In this document: piece by piece, positions 14,002-25,145 of the stretch
Layout of the letters: each line of letters opens with the position of its first letter
How positions within the stretch are numbered: position 1 is the stretch's first letter
Translations under genes and position numbers: made by a program
Assembly (NCBI GenBank): GCA_965644295.1
Contig: CBFFRP010000023.1
Span: forward strand, 25,064-89,063
Origin: Paraphysomonas bandaiensis
Lineage: Eukaryota; Protista; Chrysophyceae
Reading direction: 5' to 3'
Length of the DNA: 64,000 bases
The notes under the pieces: generated by a model
Seen by the model: only the letters and a program-made list of their open reading frames with translations
What the model was told of the DNA's origin: nothing
The model's database searches: none

Positions 14002-14478
14002 CTACAGTTCCGTATGTCCTTGTTTACTTTCTGCGGCTTCTTCATCAAATTCAGGACACTGATGAGGGGAATCGAGGAAGCATGTGTCGCGCCCTTCATC
14101 TAACACTTTGAACGAAGAAAAATGCAACCGAATCTTTGTATCTGGGTATATCTTAGTATCAAAAGAGGATATTGTTGAGCCAGATATTCCTTGTCCAAGC
14201 CACTCTTGAAACTTAGGTCCCTGAACTTTATTGCACCGTGCTTCCCCAACTAAAGTCCCTTGCGCACTTTTTTGAATCCACCCGAAGCATCCCATACTGT
14301 CAGCTTGCTTTGCAACAGCATCTTCAAACCCAACATCAAATAAATTACTTCCACTGATTTCATAGCGGAATCCATAAAACCTATCTACCATTCTCCATCC
14401 CTCAGGCTGACTTCTCGTTAATGCGCACAGGGAGAACAAAACAGCACAATAAAACACACACTGACTTTGGAATGACAT
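14002..14478 (-). CDS. Signal-peptide acylphosphatase-like protein with C-terminal HTEL
   Basis: Hydrophobic N-terminus; ISG..DVGF..A...GCFGWIQK..GTLVGEA matches the acylphosphatase pattern; ends HTEL. Confidence 0.6.
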   Translation of the reverse strand: MSFQSQCVFYCAVLFSLCALTRSQPEGWRMVDRFYGFRYEISGSNLFDVGFEDAVAKQADSMGCFGWIQKSAQGTLVGEARCNKVQGPKFQEWLGQGISGSTISSFDTKIYPDTKIRLHFSSFKVLDEGRDTCFLDSPHQCPEFDEEAAESKQGHTEL

Positions 14479-14791
14479 GGATAAAATTAGTGGAATAGAT
14501 AGAGAACGTATACTAGATTTGGATGATGATAATGCACAGAAGGTTGATGATAGTTTTGATTGAAGAGCTTTGATTTAAGCGGCTCTCACTCTGCCTATAC
14601 GAGTATAGCTACTGCCACCCTGCTGCTGCTATACATGCAGACACTGAGGAGGTCTAGAGGTCTGATATACTGTATACCCTACGGCGGTATACCAGATATA
14701 TCAGGTATATACACTGTAGGGGCTCTACCCTACATAGACGTATACAGTGAGCTGGAAGATCATGTGGACCCTCATACGCAGGATACACACG

Positions 14792-14947
14792 CCCAGTCCC
14801 AGTCCCAGTCCCAGTCATAGTCCCAGTCCCAGTCCCAGTCCCAGTCCCAGTCATAGTCCCAGTCCCAGTCCCAGTCATAGTCCCAGTCCCAGTCCCAGTC
14901 CCAGTCCCAGTCCCAGTCATAGTCCCAGTCCCAGTCCCAGTCCCAGT
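14792..14947. repeat. (CCCAGT)n hexamer array with CATAGT variants
   Basis: About 26 units read directly; the reverse strand is (ACTGGG)n. Confidence 0.97.
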
Positions 14948-15626
14948 CTCTAGTATTAACAGGAGCTAGAGAGGGGCATCAGTTGCAACTATATCACACT
15001 GCACTCTTAGCTGTCACCGTAATTGTAGATATATCTAGTTTTTTTCCATGCCACTCTGGTATTGATGACACAGAGATGTCTTCCCACTGCACGACGACCC
15101 TCTCAATGAGGCATAACTATTCTGGATGTGTTACTGCTCAAAACGATTACAAGTCTACACGAATCAGTCCGTCTCTTGAATTTATTTATAAAAGTTATCG
15201 TTCTAAAGCAGATTTAGAGTGCCAGAGTAGCAGTTTGCTATGAACTATGGAGTATATGGAAGTCTATACACAGAGCAGACATAGTTTTAAATAATAAAAT
15301 ATTGCTTTTTTGGACTGTATGGCTAAGAGCTTGTGCACGTTTATATACTATACCATAGATCTTATGGGAGTAAATTTCATTTACCGAACACTACATCTGT
15401 TAACATTTACATTATAGGCATAGTTTATTTAAGTAGGCGTCTTGGTACAGATTTTACAGATAGCATACATTCGTCACATGTAGGCTAGAATGTAAGCCGT
15501 CTTACTATATGACTATATATTGAAGCTGAAAGCATTTATGTTTTCATCCAAATAAATCACCTGCACAATTCTTCACTTGCATTAGTTTTCAAAATTAAAA
15601 CAGATATTGACCTAAGAAATGATGAA

Positions 15627-15730
15627 GGGATCTATTACTGGTCCTTGTCAATTTGCATAACTTCTTATCCCCCCAAAATTGGTGTAAAATGTAAAGTCTA
15701 GTCAAGGGTTAAAAAGCCTAGACAATTCAA
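15627..15730 (+). mobile_element. Degenerate terminus of a GGGGTC-ended DNA element
   Basis: Similar to the reverse complement of ~32470-32575 (GGGGTCTATTA...CAAAATTGGTGTAAAA..CTAGTCAAG.GGTT). Confidence 0.55.
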
Positions 15731-16029
15731 CCAATTTGACAAGGTTGATTAAAATTTACAAATGATAAAAGCTATATTTCATGTAGCTCATAGACACTTG
15801 GCTTCAATGGATGTGTTCTCGGTACTAATCAGAGACTAAACAAGAGCGTCATAGCTGTCAGAACACTATCGCAACTGAAAATGTACATGTAAAATATAGG
15901 AATCGATCGTTTACAACTCAGGATATGGAATTCTTATTAGAACACAATTGTCACTTCTTGATCTTAGGGTGAATTTCATCTACAACTCACAATAAACTTA
16001 TGTATTTCTACACACACAATGCCAAGTCT

Positions 16030-16531
16030 CAAGAATGTCAGACTCCCACTTTTTTGTGGTGCTCTGGGTGATAAGAACGAGAGAGATTCTCTCTGGGAAA
16101 CTAACGTGAGCCGCAAACATAGTCAGCAGATATTCTTCTGCCCACGCATAGCCGAATGCTTGTGTGGTACAAGGGACACCAATAAGTGTCACTTGTGTAG
16201 ACGTCTTTGGGCCCTGATGAATAAACAGGCATCCGCGAATGGGCCCACCTCAAGGGCATCCGGGACAGGGCCCACCTGAAGGGTAACCGGGGTATTGGGC
16301 TGCCTGCTGAAGTCAAGCATCCGGGATGTTCACCTTAAGAACTCAGAGCGGAAGTGGTTGCACCTTGTTGGTGCTTGCGGCGACGCACAAGCAGCTTCCG
16401 TAGCGTTAAATAGTAGGATAAAAAAAGTGTACTGATTAGTTACAGGTAGAGGTCTAACTAGTTTATCTACATTCATCTAGCTACTAAGTTGGTGCAGGTT
16501 TATAACGCCTATTGCTAATAATAAGACTTTC
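16030..16531 (+). repeat. Dispersed solo-LTR-like repeat family, copy 2
   Basis: Colinear with 6801-7253; ends AACGCCTATTGCTAATAATAAGAC. Confidence 0.85.
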
Positions 16532-16535
16532 AATA

Positions 16536-17324
16536 TAGACGTCTGGGCCTTGAGGAATAAACAGGCATCCAGGAGTGGGCCCACCTCATGGGCATCCGGA
16601 GTATTGGGCTGTCTGCTGAAGTCAAACATGAGGGATGTTCACTCTAAAGGACAGAGAACGAGAGCGTTTGCACCGTGGTGCTTGCGGTGACGCACAAGCA
16701 GCTTTCGTAGCGCTAAATAGTAGTGTCCCATTCCGAGGGCGTGCCATAGTGTAGGCTCGCTGGTATACCACATATAACACCGAGGTTTTGCACTGATTCT
16801 GCTACCCGCCCGCCTACTCGTGTACCAACGTAGCTGGCCGCATAGATCGCGCGATGATTCTGTTTCCGCCCCACCCGTGTTCACCTTTGCTAAGATTACT
16901 TGGGATATCTCATAGCTATGTATTACTTGTATATGTAATTCGCGAAGATTCTAGTAGGACCATGTTTACCTTCCTATTATCAAACAAAGATTGCGCATGA
17001 CCATGCATGACTCAGTATAGAGTATAGGCCTAAATTGCGCGGGATTTCTCGTTTCTCGTAATCCCATATAGGCTATGCAAGTATAGTGTAGATCTAGTTA
17101 GAGATTGCTTGGTGCCGACACACAAAGAATACGCTGGGATAGTATTAACAATCTATACGATACTTACTTCTTACTTAATCAACACTGGCACTTTACTAGG
17201 GCACGCTCTCGGAATGTGGCAAGTCGAATATCAGAGTTAAGTTAACTAGTTAATAGTTAAGTTATTTTGCTACATTAGTTCTGAATCTAACACGCCTATT
17301 GCTAATAATAAGACATTCACTACA
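16536..17324 (+). repeat. Dispersed repeat copy 3 (5'-truncated), split by an insertion at 16724-17221
   Basis: 16536-16723 matches 16198-16416; the host sequence resumes at 17222 (AGTCGAATATCAGAGTTAAG vs AGTAGGATATCACAGTTAAG in copy 1). Confidence 0.8.
16724..17221. mobile_element. 498-bp TG...CA element with 27-bp imperfect terminal inverted repeats and 5-bp TSD
   Basis: TGTCCCATTCCGAGGGCGTGCCATAGT vs reverse complement TGCCACATTCCGAGAGCGTGCCCTAGT (23/27); flanks AGTAG / AGTCG. Confidence 0.8.
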
Positions 17325-17558
17325 ACTACAATGGCAAAGGTTAACAACAATCGAGAACTTTCCTTCATGGAGAACTATATATATTACACTTTACCATTAA
17401 TACTCAGTGTACAAACAAGAACAGGGTCGTTACACCTTTTGAGTGTGTATGATGCAACGACTTCATAATATGTAAACGGAGGTCATTCTACAACCAGAAA
17501 AAACAATATTGTGATCTACCACACATTCGAATACACATTATTAATGACTCCAAACAAT

Positions 17559-19762
17559 CTATGAGGACGATGCTAAGTCGATGCCACCACGCATTCTAGT
17601 ATCATGAGCACTCATACGTATGCCTACGTAGTCGATTGGCTTACTCTGGCCACTTTTTACATCGTTGTATACTTTGTTGACTTTCATGCGTAAGCTATCT
17701 GGCGTTAGTCCAAAATTGGCATCCGCATCAGGAACTACCCTCATACTCAGCAGCTTCTCGATAGACATTGGTTTAATAGGTTTCTGAATAGCAACACTAC
17801 ACAGAGTAGCGAGATCGGGCCGCATGAACGCAGCTACATCACTTGTGCAGCCGGATTCCCAATTCGCTGCATTCAGGTTGCTCCTTCCATACTCTCCAAG
17901 GACACTGATAAGCATTGCCACAACAGTCCGATTCTCCTTCGTGAACTCACTTAGTGCCTTTTGTAGCAGTGAAATATTTTCTGCTCCAACATCTTCAGAT
18001 ATTAGAACGATATCAAACACAACTGGGTCGGCAGTCCGCCCTGAAGCATCAGGCGTTGGTTTCGTCATTTGCTGCACTCGATTAACTGCCTCGGACACTC
18101 CTAGACAAAGGAATGCATCACACCCCATTCGCCTCAGTGTTTTCTCTGCAGGTATCTGGTGTTTCACATTGGATTCCACAAGAAGAATCTGTGGTTTGTG
18201 TGTACTATCCAGTTTGACCTTTTTTCCGCCTACTGATCCCGCATACACCAAGTTCTTCCCATTGAACATTAAAAAGGTAGGGATCGATTTAATTCCCAGA
18301 TCTTTCGTGATCCTGTTATTCTCAGATACATCAATCTTGTAAAGTTGTGGGATACTTTGATCAGTCGCCTTCCCGCTAGCAGGCCTACTTCCTGCTCTGG
18401 ACACTGTTGTTGAACTTGTATTACGTTTTGTCCCACCTTGTTCCGTAATCGACCGATTATAGAGCTCCGTAATTCGGAGGTAGGAGCAGCTGATAGGATC
18501 GCCACCACGCATCACCAACACCACCGTCAAGGGAGAATTGGGGGACGCAGGTGCAGCAGCCAAGCTACTTTTGAGTACGTCCCACTTTACTCCCTGGAGT
18601 GGTAAGCCTTGAATCTCTATCATGCCGGTGGGGTTGTCACTGGTAACCGCGGCGGGGTCTACCACAAGCATAGAACTGTACCTTCCTGAGGCCTTGAGCA
18701 CTGTCGACGACCGAGACAGAGGCGGGTTCTCTTCCCGAAGCACTGTGCGCACTGATAACGAATCCTTCCACTCTCCATCGGATGTCATCAACTTTGCTGG
18801 GGCCTATGAAATACATTTATAACAAAACAAAGCAATACAAGAGACATCACCCACCGTTTTGGTCAGACTTGACGTGTCCTCCGCAGAAACATATATTGTT
18901 TGGCTAAATCCCGGAGACACCCCTGTTTCTACACCGGCTACGGGAATACGAGGCACTTCACTTAACGTCATCTGAAGTGCATCTGTCTTCCAGGTATTCG
19001 CAGATTCGTGAGATATTTTTATCGTGCCACCAATTTCGTCAAATCTTTTCTCCAGTCCCCCAACGATATCCTGAACCATGGGAGATAAGTTTTCACTTCT
19101 GGGATATAAGATATTTCTTTTCGCAGCCATCTCTTTGTTAAAGTCCACTGTTCTTTGTTGAAGTGTAACGTGGTTGAGTTGGGGAATCAAACGCCCTGCA
19201 GAACCTCTTTTGGCATGATCTAAGTAGGAGTCGTTCCGCTTGAACTTCATTCCAACGTCCATCTCATGTTTAATCGAGTCATATTCGAACAACAAGGTCA
19301 TGTCAGACCGGCTTCTAAACGTAAATGTTATATGCTCGTTCAATCTAAACACCATGTCCCCGTTTGGAGGAGTGCCACAATTCTGTGCCTTTCGGTCCCA
19401 CTTCCACTGATGAGTTATGCGTCCTTCATTATTAGTTATTATCCCTCCGACCTTTGAAAGAGCAAACTCAAAAGCATTATCCCTCATTGACTTCCTCTTA
19501 CTTGAGCTACAAAACCCCACTGCATGTTCGTCTATTCCAAGTAAAAGAGTATTCTTTCTATTGGAATCAAATGCATAGTATCTATTTTGATATGAGCTGG
19601 CTTCACTCGAACACACAGCAACTGAACCACTGGGGTAATAAATGAACCCTACACACATCCACAATCAATCATGTACACAGAGCAGACATGATTCGACCCA
19701 CCTGTGCCATCTTCATTAAACTTTAAAGCCAATCTGCCATTTTCATAATATTTGGATGTCAT
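17559..19762 (-). CDS. FAM194-like domain + thioredoxin-like + degenerate receiver (CheY-like) domain protein, 3 exons
   Basis: MTSKYYENGRLALKFNEDGTG/FIYYPSGSVAVC; KIDVSEN..GIKSIPTFLMF; ILLVES...FDIVLISE...IQKPI; introns at ~19652-19701 and ~18805-18854. Confidence 0.55.
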
Positions 19763-20290
19763 ATGACTGTATGTGGTATACAGGGGAGGGGATGACCGCA
19801 CGAGTAGAGAGATTAGTGATACTCCGCTTCACGAGCGAATCAGATATACCTACTCGAGGAGTCAACAAGGTGTGCTGCTGTTATATCGTACAGGTATATA
19901 TGTATATGTGTGTGTGTGGGTATGTCACGGCTGTCTATATACAGCTAGATGCATATGTACAGTGTACTATGTAGCCGTTTTGCGATACACAGCCAACCTC
20001 TGTACATGGACTACCGTACCATACAGCAGTATACAGTATACAGGCATACATCTGTATGGACAACCATTGTACTGGGCAACATCATTCCTCTATAAAATAC
20101 AGATATTAGTCAAAATAGGAGATTTTATGAAAATAAATGTTCTAAAAACTACGGATTTCCTACCTGACTTGTGGTGTTGAGACTGCTCAGCTCTTAACAT
20201 AATCTGCAACTAAGTTCGAGCTACAGGTGCTGTGCATGTATAGTACCCCACCATATCTATAACAGAGAGGAAACGAGTAGTCTATAGCCA

Positions 20291-21268
20291 ATGGGAGATA
20301 TACTCTTTGAGACATTAGAGAAGTGGCACGGCGATAAGTCATGGGGCCGTTTCTTGGATGCTGGCACAGGTGAGACCTCATATCATGCTTGCAGATAACA
20401 TATAAGAGCATTGAGCTAGGTGTGGACTCATTGAAATGGGCACAGAGATTAAATACGACCTCATGGACTGCGATAACAGCTGATGATGGAATGAAGAGAT
20501 CGATAGAGTCCAGCAGAGCTGTTGTTATGCGACAGCAGGACAGAATTCTTGTCGGGAACTGGATGGATGAAAGCTTTTGTAGTGAATTAGGAACATATGA
20601 TACAATACTTGCGGATTATCTCATTGGTGCTGTCGATGGATTTTCTCCTTATACGCAAGACTTGATTATAGAAAAGTTGGTTCCTTGTCAATATACTTCG
20701 CCAAACGCTAATACTCTTTCAGATTAAAGAAGCACATGAACCCTGGCGGAAAACTTTACATTATTGGAATGAATCCTATTCCTGATACTTGTGTGTCTCC
20801 TGCAAGTCTAGTGTCAGAGGTACGATAAAGAGGAGACTGAGCATCCATTGATTAATTTCAATTAGGTTCGCCGAACAAGGGATGCGTGCATTCTTTTGGC
20901 CGGTCACCGTCCGTACAGAGAATTTCCTGTTGAGTGGATGCAGAGGCACCTCAAAGCAGTGGGACTCGTAGTCACTGGAAGCAAGAGTTACACTATCCTT
21001 CACAACGAAACCAGCATACTGCGGCAGGTTCGAGTGGCGGAAAGCAAATTGGCGCTGATGCCTAACTCGGACCTCAGGAATGGGATGGAAAACTACCTGA
21101 GCGATCTCAAGTAATAACCTTATTTAGATTTGTTTGGTGTTAGTGATTGATGCATTTTACAGGGCGCGCATACATCAGGCTCTCGCATCTACAGCGGAGG
21201 GAAGGGTTCCCCTCTCATTTGATTATTGCTTAGCTGCGGAATTAGAGGAGTCGGTGGACATCTCTTAG
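20291..21268 (+). CDS. Class I SAM-dependent methyltransferase-like protein, multi-exon
   Basis: Spliced WGRFLDAGTG-VDSLKW, YDTILADYLIGAVDGFSPY, PGGKLYIIGMNP, DACILLAGHRPYREFP. Confidence 0.75.
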
Positions 21269-21564
21269 AGACGCAGATGTCTGCTGATAGTATTAAGTTT
21301 GTTATTGATATCAGCCGTGTCGCTAATATTATAGATCCATCATATCGTAGCTTCAAACGATTGGAATATCTTGTAATAATAATGCACTTTTACCATATCA
21401 TCAATTGGACTATGAGCTATGACCTGCAAATGTCTTCAGATATTCGGATAAACAGACTTTCTCCTATCTATATTACAATATCATTGTCACTGCCGCTTTG
21501 GCTTGGCTATTCAAGTCACAAACTATTCTATAAATTATACTTCGTATTAACACACTATATCACT

Positions 21565-21762
21565 CAGGGCTAGGAAACAATATATTGCAATACTTTTTTT
21601 AGATAGTATTGATGGAACACTATCTAAAAAAAGTATTGCAATATATTGTTTCCTAGCCCTGAGTGATATAGTGATATTGATGGAGATTTTTAACAGGCCC
21701 AACAATACAATGACAATATATTGTACAATGTATTGCAATACAATATATTGTTTTCTAGTCCT
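21565..21762. mobile_element. hAT-type MITE family A (CAGGGCTAGGGAACAATATATTG ends) carrying a fold-back duplication
   Basis: Left end at 21565; degenerate right end CAATATATTGTTTTCTAGTCCTG; related ends at ~28340-28358, 31121, 31290, 32800-32820, 40324 and 45632. Confidence 0.7.
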
Positions 21763-22821
21763 GATATATTATATTTTACAACACACTTCAATATCATAGA
21801 CACTGGAAATTTAGCTTTGCTATTATTCTGTGATAACTATGTAAGTGTGTAACTTCTAGCATAAAGATTGACTTAAACCTTAACTTTAGGGAGACTAAAC
21901 CACTGTTGCGTATTCCTCGATGAAATAAAAAGCTAAATTCTGTTCCATTCCGTATACCATGTGGTGTACCATATACGTACAAATCGTGTCCAGTGGTGTA
22001 TAAATACATCAAATTTGTAGTCCATGTCGTTTTTGGTCTGAACCGTAAATGTAAAATTAAATGATAAAAACACCATTCAACTAAAACTCAGATGGACATA
22101 CAATGTACAGCTGAGGATAAACTGTCTGTGACTCTAGTTGATCTACGGAAGAGTTAAATATGAGTCAGTTCGATAACCGAATCTGCAAGCACGTCATCCT
22201 CCACACGAACTTCTAGTCGTCGCTTCTTCTGAACTCATCACGACTTCAACATCCAGATGCAGGTAATGAACACTTGCCACTAATACTTACGCAGGATCAT
22301 GCAGCTCATATCAATATGGGTTAACGAGGAAACCTTATCATGCGGAAGCGGAGTGCAGTAGTCACCTTAGACACTGGTATTTTATCAGTGATATCATCCT
22401 CACATGTGCTGCAACAGTCACTGTAGTGCCTCTAGGAGGTCTCATCATCACATCAAGATATTGCGATATCCATATTGCCCATATACAGTAGCATACAGCA
22501 GCATACAGCAATGGACGCACAGAGTACACTATGCCATATACAGTAGTATACAAGAATAGCACATGCTACCGTATATAGTGGTATACGGTCCGGTATTCTA
22601 GTATTCAATTTTAAAAATAGTGCGTTGTAATACAGACGGGAGACAGAGGAATACTGTAATATGATTGGCTGAAACTTATTTGGTGCACACCTCTTCAAGA
22701 TACTTCTATGGAGGTGTCCGCTGAAGATATCACGCAACGGTTTTATGTTGCATGCATGCCGTTTTAATGCATGTGTTGGATCTTCACAATAAATCAGGTG
22801 CTCACTTGATCGATTGGAAAC

Positions 22822-24810
22822 ATGATGAGACTTAGTAAAGTTGTTGTGGGAGCTAGTCTCCTTGGCATGGCAAGTGCAGAATGCCCTAATGCTTGCAGCA
22901 GCCACGGTATTTGCACTAATTATGACATGTGCGAGTGCTATCGCAATTGGATGGCAAACGACTGTTCAGAACGTGTCTGCCAGTTCGGACTTGCCCACGT
23001 TGATACTCCTAAGGGAGATCTGGATGCCTCTTCTGGTGCTTTGACTGGACCTGGAGTAACTGTTGTGACTAACAGTGAAGTGTATCCTTACGGTACCACC
23101 GAGCAGTTTCCCAACATGGTCGACTCTGCTGGCAACGTTATGACTGAGTCCGCTCACTACTACATGGAATGCTCTAACAAGGGTCTCTGCGATCGTGAGA
23201 CTGGTACCTGTGAATGCTTTCCTGGATATGAGGGATCTGCTTGCCAGCGCGCCTCCTGCCCGTCCTCTGGTGGAGGTGTATGCAGTGGACACGGTACATG
23301 TGACACTATTAAGGAGATTGCACGAGCAGACAACAATAACATATATGAGCTTTGGGACGAGCACTCAACTCTTGGTTGTGTTTGTGACGCTGGTTATTAC
23401 GGCCCTGATTGCTCTTTGCGGAGATGCAAGTATGGAGCTGATCCTCTCTATGCTGACGATTCAACTGCCACCCAGAGAGTGTCTAACTGGACCTACGGTT
23501 TCTACTCTTACACTGCGCGTTCTGATATGGTAGTCAGTGGAAACTACTCTCTAGTTTTCTATGATGTGTTTGGTGAGGACTGGAGAACAGAGGCCATTAC
23601 CTGGAGTGATGGATGTGACGAAGTTATTTCCAAACTTGAAGCTATTCCTAATGATGTCATTCCTGGTAACAGTGTTGAATGTCTAGATCAGGACGAAAAT
23701 ACTGTTTACGCTGGTAGGGTTCCTCCTGATAATGGCAGTGGTAGCAGCTACTATTTTTACAAGGTTATTACTCTTGTTTTCCCCAAGAATCCAGGAAAGC
23801 TCAAGCAGATGGAAGTTGATATCTACCTTGACGGACCCCGCCCAACACTTGTGTCTAACGAGACTGATAGCACCCTCTCGACATTTGTTCACGCCAATGG
23901 CTTCACTGGTGAGTTTGTCGATTATGTTCCTGATTACTGTGAAGGTGTTGAGGTGACAATCACCAGTACTGGCAATCAATATCGACTTGCATCTCTGACC
24001 ACAAAGGAAACTATCCTTCTGAAGAGATGTCTTGGTGATGCCGATGGTGATACTACAGCTTCTGGTCAGCAGGATGAGGTGTACAACTGGGACTATGGTA
24101 CAAGAATTACTCCTCATCTTATCAAGCTTGTCGAAGCTACTGAATCACCTTTCACCCGTATCTGTAACTCTACCGATCAGTACTTCCAGCATAAGAGCAG
24201 TTTAGATTGGTGTGAAAACGACGGTCCTGCTGGGTTTTATGCCCCTCTTATTTACGACGATGCTACTGGTAACTTTGAGATTTTCAATCAGCTGAACACC
24301 ATTTACTCGTCCACAACACCGTTCAGAGTGTTTACTACAACCGGAAGACTCAAGCGTATAAATGAAGACAGTGACATTGAGCACGATGGTGTTTTCGGCA
24401 AGAAGGTATATTACTCTATCTCCACTGGCGATGACATTGCCATTGACTGCGAGACCAATACCAACAGCACAACAGGCGACTGCCTCAACAAGGGCGACCT
24501 TGCTATGTTCTTTAATCCCGTCAACCCTGTCAGAAACCCTGAGTTCCACAACATGTACACCATCGAGAAAGTTGCTAGAGACAGAAACTCAACCGACTAC
24601 ACGGCTCATACCGAAATCACTCTTGATATTGGTATCAACTTTGCTCACATTGAAGAGGCCTATATCTACAAGTTTTACCCTCCCACTGGTGTCAGCTGGG
24701 CCGCAGAGTGTTCTGACCGTGGTGTGTGCGATTCCTCCACTGGTCTTTGCCAATGCTTTGCGGGTTATACTTCTGATGATTGCTCTGTGCAGAACACTCT
24801 CGCTAAGTAG
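22822..24810 (+). CDS. Tubular mastigoneme (flagellar hair) protein, Sig/Ocm family, EGF-like repeats
   Basis: Signal peptide; ECPNACSSHG..CECYRNWMANDCSERVCQFGLAHVDTPKGDLD; AHYYMECSNKGLCDR; C-terminal ECSDRGVCDSSTGLCQCFAGY; single exon. Confidence 0.85.
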   Translation: MMRLSKVVVGASLLGMASAECPNACSSHGICTNYDMCECYRNWMANDCSERVCQFGLAHVDTPKGDLDASSGALTGPGVTVVTNSEVYPYGTTEQFPNMVDSAGNVMTESAHYYMECSNKGLCDRETGTCECFPGYEGSACQRASCPSSGGGVCSGHGTCDTIKEIARADNNNIYELWDEHSTLGCVCDAGYYGPDCSLRRCKYGADPLYADDSTATQRVSNWTYGFYSYTARSDMVVSGNYSLVFYDVFGEDWRTEAITWSDGCDEVISKLEAIPNDVIPGNSVECLDQDENTVYAGRVPPDNGSGSSYYFYKVITLVFPKNPGKLKQMEVDIYLDGPRPTLVSNETDSTLSTFVHANGFTGEFVDYVPDYCEGVEVTITSTGNQYRLASLTTKETILLKRCLGDADGDTTASGQQDEVYNWDYGTRITPHLIKLVEATESPFTRICNSTDQYFQHKSSLDWCENDGPAGFYAPLIYDDATGNFEIFNQLNTIYSSTTPFRVFTTTGRLKRINEDSDIEHDGVFGKKVYYSISTGDDIAIDCETNTNSTTGDCLNKGDLAMFFNPVNPVRNPEFHNMYTIEKVARDRNSTDYTAHTEITLDIGINFAHIEEAYIYKFYPPTGVSWAAECSDRGVCDSSTGLCQCFAGYTSDDCSVQNTLAK

Positions 24811-25145
24811 TCATTTGATTATGTTGGCTTGCTCTGTATGCGTTCGAAGTACTAATATATAACCTTATTCTATCATTAATAATGTATACTGATTTTTAAT
24901 ATTTGTAACGTTTCGTCTTCTATTTCTCTTTACTGGTAGTATAATTTCTTTTTCATTGGATAATTTATGCAGCTGAGTAAAAGTTCCTCACCAGCTACTT
25001 GGAATTTTATTTGCTCTTAGGGGCAGTTATTTCCTCTACCACCAAGCAAAAGCTATATTCAACCGCATGCTTTGTTTTCAAGTATTGTGTTTGAAATCAG
25101 TACCTACTTGCGTCTTCTTTTATCTCTTGGTCCCTCATTAATAAC

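Noticed and set aside
14654-14953. TGTG/SPSP repeat ORFs
   Set aside because: Translation of the (CCCAGT)n array; no other coding signal.
16210-16250. Possible hammerhead ribozyme (CTGATGA) in the dispersed repeat
   Set aside because: Other copies read TTGAAGA/TTGAGGA, and no properly placed GAAA or stems were found.
16030-17324. A-B-A-x-B layout resembling split direct repeats of tyrosine-recombinase retroelements
   Set aside because: Better explained as two adjacent repeat copies, the second interrupted by a TIR element with its own TSD.
17317-17330. 14-bp match (TCACTACAACTACA) to the reverse complement of the 63864-63877 tandem unit
   Set aside because: Short and low-complexity, with no extended similarity.
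22100-22470. Coding-like stretch upstream of the mastigoneme gene
   Set aside because: No sustained ORF or recognisable motif; could be UTR or decayed sequence.
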